Shown here: positions 57,913 through 64,000 of the stretch, one piece after another | Layout: each line of letters opens with the position of its first letter | Position numbering within the stretch: position 1 is the first letter of the stretch | Assembly: GCA_963845755.1 (NCBI GenBank) | Contig: CAWJTV010000015.1 | Coordinates: 128,001 to 192,000 of the forward strand | DNA length: 64,000 bases | From: an uncultured Planctomycetota bacterium | GTDB taxonomy: Bacteria; Planctomycetota; Planctomycetia; Isosphaerales; Isosphaeraceae | Reading direction: 5' to 3' | Position numbers and translations under genes: made by a program | The notes under the pieces: model-generated | What the model was told of the DNA's origin: nothing | What the model saw: only the letters and a program-made list of their open reading frames with translations | Database searches by the model: none

Positions 57913-58145
57913 GAGAACTCTGTCGAACCGAGGTGGTGATGAGCGAGGAGTGTCGAATTTGCCGGCTGGTTCGCGTCTCTCGGTGACTCATCCCGCAATG
58001 GCCTCACGGCGTATCGCTTTCACCGGATCGCGGGTATTCTCCAGAGTCTTAATGGCGTCGGCACGGGTTGGTCGTCGAAATCGACACTCGCGATCGGGAA
58101 TTGCTCAGGGAGATGCGTTTCCACCGACTCTCGAGACGCTCACGC

Positions 58146-59973
58146 TCAGTCGAGTTCGCCGCCATACATCGCCGCGAGAGCCTTCAGCGCTGCCTTCGGC
58201 CGCCGGTCGATCGTGACCGCTCCGAAGGCTCCGAACGGCCCGTTCGCCTCGAAATGCCTCCGGTGCTCGTAATCGGCCCAGGACCACAGGACGCCGCCCG
58301 AGACCTCGGGGACGGCGGAGATCGCCTCCCACGCCGAGCGGATGTAGGCGCCCTGGAAATCCTCGGTTGAGGCGACGTCTCCGTGCATCCCGGGAATGCC
58401 CACGGCCCCAAATTCCGCGATCAGGAGCGGCTTGCCCGGGAACGCGTTGATCTGACGTCGTAAATGCTCCTCGGACGGCCTCCGCGCACGCTCGTCGAGC
58501 TGATTGCGATGGACCGCGATGGTCCCGCCGATCGACCCGTAGTACATGTTGGTCGCCACGAGGTCGGCGTCGTCATAGGCTCGGTGCTCGCGGACCGAGC
58601 CTGGTGCCGTCACGAAGGTGACCAGGCGCGTGGGGTCGAGTTGCTTCGTCCGGCCGATGAGAGTACGCATGACCTTGATGCCAATCGCGTTGTCGGTCTT
58701 CGACTCGTTGGCCATGCTCCAGATGAGGATACAAGGGTGGTTCTTGTCGCGGCGGATCATGGTTTCGAGCATCGGCAGGGCGCGATCGAGGATGTGTTCG
58801 TCCTGGACCACGCCTTCCTTGCCGAACCACTCGACGCCCCACCAGTTGATCGGCAGTTCCTCCAGGAACAGCATGCCCAGGCGATCGCAGAGGTCGAGGA
58901 ACTCGGGCGTTTGCGGGTAGTGGGCGCGGATCAGGTTGATGCCGGTCTTCTTCATCAACCGCAGCTCATCCTCGACGAGCTTCATGGGCGGGTTCGGGCC
59001 GAACCGGCCGAACTCGTCGTAGCGATTAACACCCTGGATCTTCAAAGGCTTGCCATTGAGGAGGATCCGTCGGCCTCGCGCGGCGATCGTCCGGATCCCG
59101 AACGATGATGAGGCCCGGTCGATCACCGTCTCGCCCCGATTCAGGGTCGCGACCAGGGTGTTCAGAGCCGGCGACTCGGGCGACCAGGTCCTGGCTTGCG
59201 CGAGCTTCAAGGTCAACTCGTGTCGAGAGGTCGTGCCCGTGCGAGTCGCCATCGATAACGTTCGTGCCGATGGCTCGTTGCCGACGATTCCGAGCTGCAG
59301 GAACACACCCTCGGTATCCTCACTCGCGTGGATCTCGACCGTACAGGCGATGGAGGCTCCGTCGCCTTCGGGTACAGCCCGGATGCCGATGTCCCTGATG
59401 TGAATCAACGCCTTGCTCTCGACGCGGACGGGCTGGAGGATTCCTCCGTACTGCACCCACTCGATCTGCTTGGCCGCCGGGGGCCAGTCGATCCGTGGCC
59501 GATTATCGACCCGCAGCACGAGGTGGTTGGCCGAGTCTTTGAGCTTTCCTGTCACGTCGAATGCGAACGGGAGATAACCGTCGATGTGCTCGTCAAGCAG
59601 CTCGCCGTTGAGCCAGACCATGGCGTGGTACATGACCCGGCCAAACGTCAGGTGCTGGACCTTGCCCGCCCGGGCCCATGTGCCGTCGAGCGTCACCGCA
59701 TACCAGCCGATCCCCTCGTAGCCGTGCATCGCCTCGTCGAAGAGATCCCACGCTCTGGGCACCTCGAGCCTCGCGCCAACCGGATCGATCGAACTCGGTG
59801 CTGAACCAGCGCTCGCGCTCGCCCACATCGCGGGTGTTAACCTGGAATCGCCAGCCGCTGGCGATCTCGCGAACCGTGCGCGGACCGGAATCCTGCGCCT
59901 CGGCGACGGGACTGCCCATCAGCAGGCCGACCGCCGTGAGCATCACAACCGATAACGCTTTGAAGCACTTCAT
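58146..59973 (-). CDS. Glycoside hydrolase family 2 (beta-glucuronidase/galactosidase-like), frameshift near 59770
   Basis: 'FGIRTI', 'LNGKPLKIQGVNR', 'IRAHYP', 'RDKNHPCILIWSMANE', 'IAEFG'. Confidence 0.92.
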
Positions 59974-60095
59974 GAATATGCGTCCCTGTGAGATTCGATC
60001 GGGTTCGATGCCACACCGGTGGAAATGGGTTCGGACGGGACCGCTTCCCAGGAATCGCGGTGCCTCTCGGATCGAGCCTGGCACGCGAGACACCG

Positions 60096-60602
60096 TTAGA
60101 GTGGGAATCGGCCCTCTCGCGGCCTCGAGACGGTCGTCGATTCGGATAACAGCGTCGGCCGTCGACACTCCGGACACCAGCGGAGTATCACTCCTCGGGC
60201 CAGGAAAATGAATGCGATGCCGAGCAAGACGACGCGGCCGGAACTCTCGGCGAGATACACATAGCTGATGAGGACACGGTCCGTGGCGTATCCGTAGAGG
60301 TACCGGACCAGGCTCCAGATCGCGAACCCGAGAGCGTCAGCGACCGAGACCAACAAGAGCGCCCGGATCAGCCAATCCTTCATCGGGCCTTTCCGGAGCA
60401 CCGGGAACGCGACCACGGCCAGAACCAGCGGGACTGCCACGGCCGACCAGACGAGGGTGCGCCACCAAGTCCCGATCCCGACGATCGCGAGGCGCGCGAA
60501 CGGCGTCACGCAGGCCGAGGCGGCTGCTGCGAAGATCACCAATTTCATCATCTGAGGCATTGATTGCGTCAAACGAGGACGATGAGGGCGGCCCACGCTC
60601 AT
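60096..60602 (-). CDS. Four-TM membrane protein with C-terminal CxxC
   Basis: RBS GGAAGGAG; four hydrophobic segments; 'WCPECRR'; may be frameshift-truncated. Confidence 0.55.
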   Translation of the reverse strand: MSVGRPHRPRLTQSMPQMMKLVIFAAAASACVTPFARLAIVGIGTWWRTLVWSAVAVPLVLAVVAFPVLRKGPMKDWLIRALLLVSVADALGFAIWSLVRYLYGYATDRVLISYVYLAESSGRVVLLGIAFIFLARGVILRWCPECRRPTLLSESTTVSRPREGRFPL

Positions 60603-60624
60603 GGGAATCTCCTTCCGACCAGGT

Positions 60625-61135
60625 TCAGCCGTCGATCTCGCGGTCCCAGAGACTGGTTGACATGGTTCGGCCCGGAGCTTTCCGATCCGGCTTCTGGGAT
60701 TCCCAGTGAATCCCCATGCGATACCCGAGGTAACCCCCAGGGATCGTGCCCAGAAAGATCGCGGCACCGACGCCGAGAATGAATCCCCGCTCGCCTGGGA
60801 ATAAGACGATGCCAGCGAGGCCGAGAACGAGCCAGGAGATGATCACCATCAAGATGATGGTCCAACCGGTCCGCTTGACGAATCCGCCCGCGAATCCGCC
60901 CACGAAAGCGAAATGGCCGGCCACGAGCAGCCATCAGCAGGACTTGACCGCCGCCACTCAGTTGGAGCGGCTTCGCGCGAGTGCCTACGACCATCGACAG
61001 AATACCGAACACGGCCCCACAGATTGCACCGATGACCAGACCCCGAGGAGACAAGTCGGGCCCGCCGTTCGATGGTTTCGCGTTGCCTGGCTGCCGGCGG
61101 ATTGTCGCAGGCGAATCCGAGTCAACTGGAGTCAT
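60625..61135 (-). CDS. Gly-rich membrane protein, one frameshift
   Basis: ORFs 60599..61135 and 60625..60924 join into about 4 TM helices ending 'LWDREIDG'. Confidence 0.55.
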
Positions 61136-63265
61136 GGATCGAGCCTCCGGTACACGAGCATGCGGCGAAGGAAGTCCTGGATCGACCGACCCGGGGTGTC
61201 ATTCGAGACGACGCGAACCTGGTTCGGCAAGTGCTTCCGGGCTGTCGGCTCCGCGAGCCGATTCCCGTCGCCCTCGATCGGGTTGACGATCAAGCCCTGG
61301 GCGACGCTCCGGGCCAGGAATTGCGGGAGATCGCCATGTCGTAATCCATCGAAGACGAAGAACGTGGCGGGGATCTCCCGGTCGAACGACGTGGTCCGGT
61401 TGCCGTCGGCCGGCATCAGCCGGAACGAGTCGCGGAGCGCGTTGGGCCGCTCGAAGAACGCGCGATAGCTGAGGAATCCGTCGCGCAGCAGATACCATGC
61501 GAGTCGCGTTCGTCCGGGCTCGCCACGTCCATCGTGAGCGATCGCATAGATCGCCAGAAGGGACGCATTCTGACCCCGTGCGTACAGGCCGATCGGCTTG
61601 CCCGGGAATGCGCCGGTGGTGTCCAGCGCCTGGATCACGCGGCTCACGTCGTACGACTGGCGGCCCACGAAGTTCTCGCCCAGCAGCAGGCTGACGGCGA
61701 AGACCCAGCCGGTCTTCATGGTGGCCGATTCGCCGAGGCCGCGCGGGTCGACGCCGCAGACCGCCCAGCCGCGTTCGAATGAGTCCACGACGACCGGATC
61801 CGAGGCCAGGGCTTCCTTGCCGCGATCGTCGACGGCCACGACGACACCACGGACTTCTCCTGGCGGCTGGAGCAGAAACGCCGGAATCGTGATCTCCGAT
61901 TCGGTTGGGATCAAGAGTCGCTGGATGCGGACAGGCTCGACGCGGAGTCGGGACAATTGCGGTGCCGGCCAGGGTCCCAGGATCGATTCCAGCTCGAGTT
62001 TCCGGTCGGGCGAGTCCGGCGGGAGGTTGTGGGCGAGGCGCTGAACCATGGCGATGATCGCCGGCCCGGCCTGCTGATTCTGGCCCGGTGGAAAGCAGCG
62101 GAGTTCTGGAGCGTCGAACTCGGGCGTCTCGGTTGGCGGCTCCGAGAACGGGAGGCCGTCGCCGCGGTCCATCAGCCAGCGGAGGAACCAGCCGTAGGCC
62201 GCCTCACGCTTCTTCCGCTGATAACCGTGCCCTTCGGTTAAGTCGACGACCAGGCCAATCTTTTGACCGGAGTCGTACGCGTCGTAGAGGGCGTGTCCAT
62301 ATTCCGCGACGGCCCGCACGCCCTCGACCGGGAAGCTCTGGTCCTGCTCGGCGGCGATGATCAAGAGCGGCTTCGGCGCCGCCATTGCCAGCAATTCGTG
62401 GTTATTGGCGTATTGGATCAGGCCGGGCACGAAGTGGCAGTGTTCGGCGGCCTGGTACCAATCCAGCGGCCGGCAGACGTGGATCTGCTCGGCGAAATCG
62501 CTCGTGCCGACGACCGGGACCGCCGCCGCGATCCGATCGTCGAGTGCCGCGGTGATCCAGGTGTTGTAGCCGCCTCCCGAGGCCCCCGTAATCCCGATTC
62601 GACGCGGGTCAACCTCTTTTCGCGACACGAGGTACTCGATCGCACAACGCATCTCGTGCTCGGCGATCCCTTGCTGGGCAATGCCCACCAGGAGCGCCTC
62701 GGTGCGGCGATGGTCGCGCGAAGAGACTCCGCGCTCTCCCTGGCCGAAGGGATCGAAGGTCAGCACGACGAAGCCCAGACGCGCCATGTTGATGCAGAAC
62801 GCCTGGAAATCGGGCCGGGTCTTGCTGTCCACCCACCAGTGTCCGGGATAGAAAAGCACGGCCGGCGCTGGCCGGACCAATCCGTTGGGGATGTAGAGGT
62901 GCGCCGGGACCATGAGGTCGGGCAGTGTCTGGTAGACGATCTTCTCCACGCGGTATCTGTTCCGAGCGAGGGTGCCCACGATCTTCGGCTGGAGGTTGGG
63001 CGGCCAGGGCAGGCTCTGAAGCCCGAGGGAGTGCACCAGCCTCCGCCGGAGCGGCGGACGGGCCGAGTCGGCTTCCTGGCGATTGCGCGCCCGCGGGATG
63101 GCTGCTCAGCGCACGACGGGCGCGTGCTTCCAGGTTGTCCAGGACCGCCGTCTCCTGGGTCGTGACGTCCTTCGGCCGCAAGGCGGCGATCTCCTGTGGG
63201 AGGTCGACCTCAGCGGTCACGGAATTGAGGAGAGCGATGAAGACGAGGGCGACCTGATTGGCCAT
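61132..63265 (-). CDS. Two-domain alpha/beta hydrolase (acetylxylan esterase-like), frameshifted
   Basis: 'YRVEKIVYQT', 'DPFGQGER', 'RIGITGASGGG', 'AAPKPLL'; the second domain is degenerate. Confidence 0.85.
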
Positions 63266-63327
63266 GGTGATGCCACCCGTTGCGAATTGGAGACTGTTCA
63301 GGAGACTCGCGCCGAACAATCCGTTGC

Positions 63328-64000
63328 TCAATTATGCGAGTTCGCCTCGATCCATCGCGGCCGTGAGACCACCGTGCGATAATTGGACTCGTTGTAATCC
63401 GGGTTGCGGATCGGTGCATAGAGTTTCTTGCCGGCAAAGGGCCGGTCCTGGGTGTAGATCCAGACGCGTTCCTGATCCCAGAGGATGACCTCGTCGCGGG
63501 AGTCGCCGGTCAGGTTGGCCACGTTGGCGGTCAGGTCCGGGTGACCGTCGTCGGGGAACATCACGACGCGCCGCAGATGACCGTCGATCATGCCCCCCTC
63601 GCGGGCATTCCCGGAGAGCAGGACGAATTCCTGTCCGTCGCCGCGCCAGTTCACGGGCAGCATGGGACTGCCCGAATGAATCGGCTCTTCCTGGGCCAGG
63701 AGGTTGCCATCCGCATCGAACAGGGTGACGATCCCCGGGTTCTTCCAGAAATTGACGCACATGAGCTGGAGGCCCGGCAAGTCGGGGCGGAACTTGCCCA
63801 CGCTGGCAGTCTGGGCGTGACCGATGCGTTCGTGCTTGAGGATCGTCCCGAGGCGATCGAAGATCAGGAACCCTTCGTCGCTTCCCCAGGCATAGACCCG
63901 CGGCTCGGCTTTCGGGTCGGCGCCGAAGGACCCGACCGCGAGGCCGTCGGCGTGGTCGTGCAGCTCCTTGTCCCGGCTCCAGAGCGGATGGCCGGCTGGG
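63328..64000 (-). CDS. Beta-propeller protein (FG-GAP / rhamnogalacturonan lyase-like), 5'-partial
   Basis: Frame runs to the window edge; 'HDHAD', 'GHAQ..VGKFRPDLPG', 'NLTGDSRDEVILWD'. Confidence 0.55.
   Translation of the reverse strand, partial: PAGHPLWSRDKELHDHADGLAVGSFGADPKAEPRVYAWGSDEGFLIFDRLGTILKHERIGHAQTASVGKFRPDLPGLQLMCVNFWKNPGIVTLFDADGNLLAQEEPIHSGSPMLPVNWRGDGQEFVLLSGNAREGGMIDGHLRRVVMFPDDGHPDLTANVANLTGDSRDEVILWDQERVWIYTQDRPFAGKKLYAPIRNPDYNESNYRTVVSRPRWIEANSHN

Noticed and set aside
1..64000. Programmed ribosomal frameshifting or alternative genetic code
   Set aside because: Shifts occur in unrelated genes without shared slippery sites, and TAG, TGA and TAA all end credible genes.

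Overview
GC-rich bacterial DNA with a strong Planctomycetota signature (DUF1559 prepilin-like protein, DUF1549/DUF1553 plus DUF1501 pair, TIGR02999-type ECF sigma with Ser/Thr kinase, CRTAC1/ASPIC-UnbV proteins); it resembles Isosphaeraceae, but that assignment is inference. Most long genes are broken by 1-4 frameshifts, most likely uncorrected long-read indel errors, so gene boundaries were rebuilt by joining ORF fragments by eye and are approximate. 1-28 kb is a coherent cell-envelope cluster: YfhO-like membrane protein, two membrane-anchored sulfatase-like proteins with a non-canonical T-x-P-S-H motif, a tandem MBL-fold hydrolase, two FG-GAP/ASPIC-UnbV proteins sharing a Cys motif, a small lipoprotein with a DUF1559 pilin-like gene, six TPR proteins, a TPR-heptaheme cytochrome and a TolC-family protein. 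This is the best candidate for an undescribed system. 28-64 kb is a mixed accessory region: a large GH-like protein, TIM-barrel isomerase, possible orphan toxin/immunity pair, tandem HTH paralogs, AKR, GH39-like protein, patatin-like membrane protein, ECF-kinase pair, P450, a REase-like/HEPN protein followed by an amber-interrupted coiled-coil/TM gene, PSD1/DUF1501, PEP-CTERM protein, GH2 and an esterase. Intergenic DNA holds several REP-like palindrome families and a 233-bp MITE-like element with 15-bp terminal inverted repeats and a 9-bp target duplication. No rRNA, tRNA or CRISPR array was seen.
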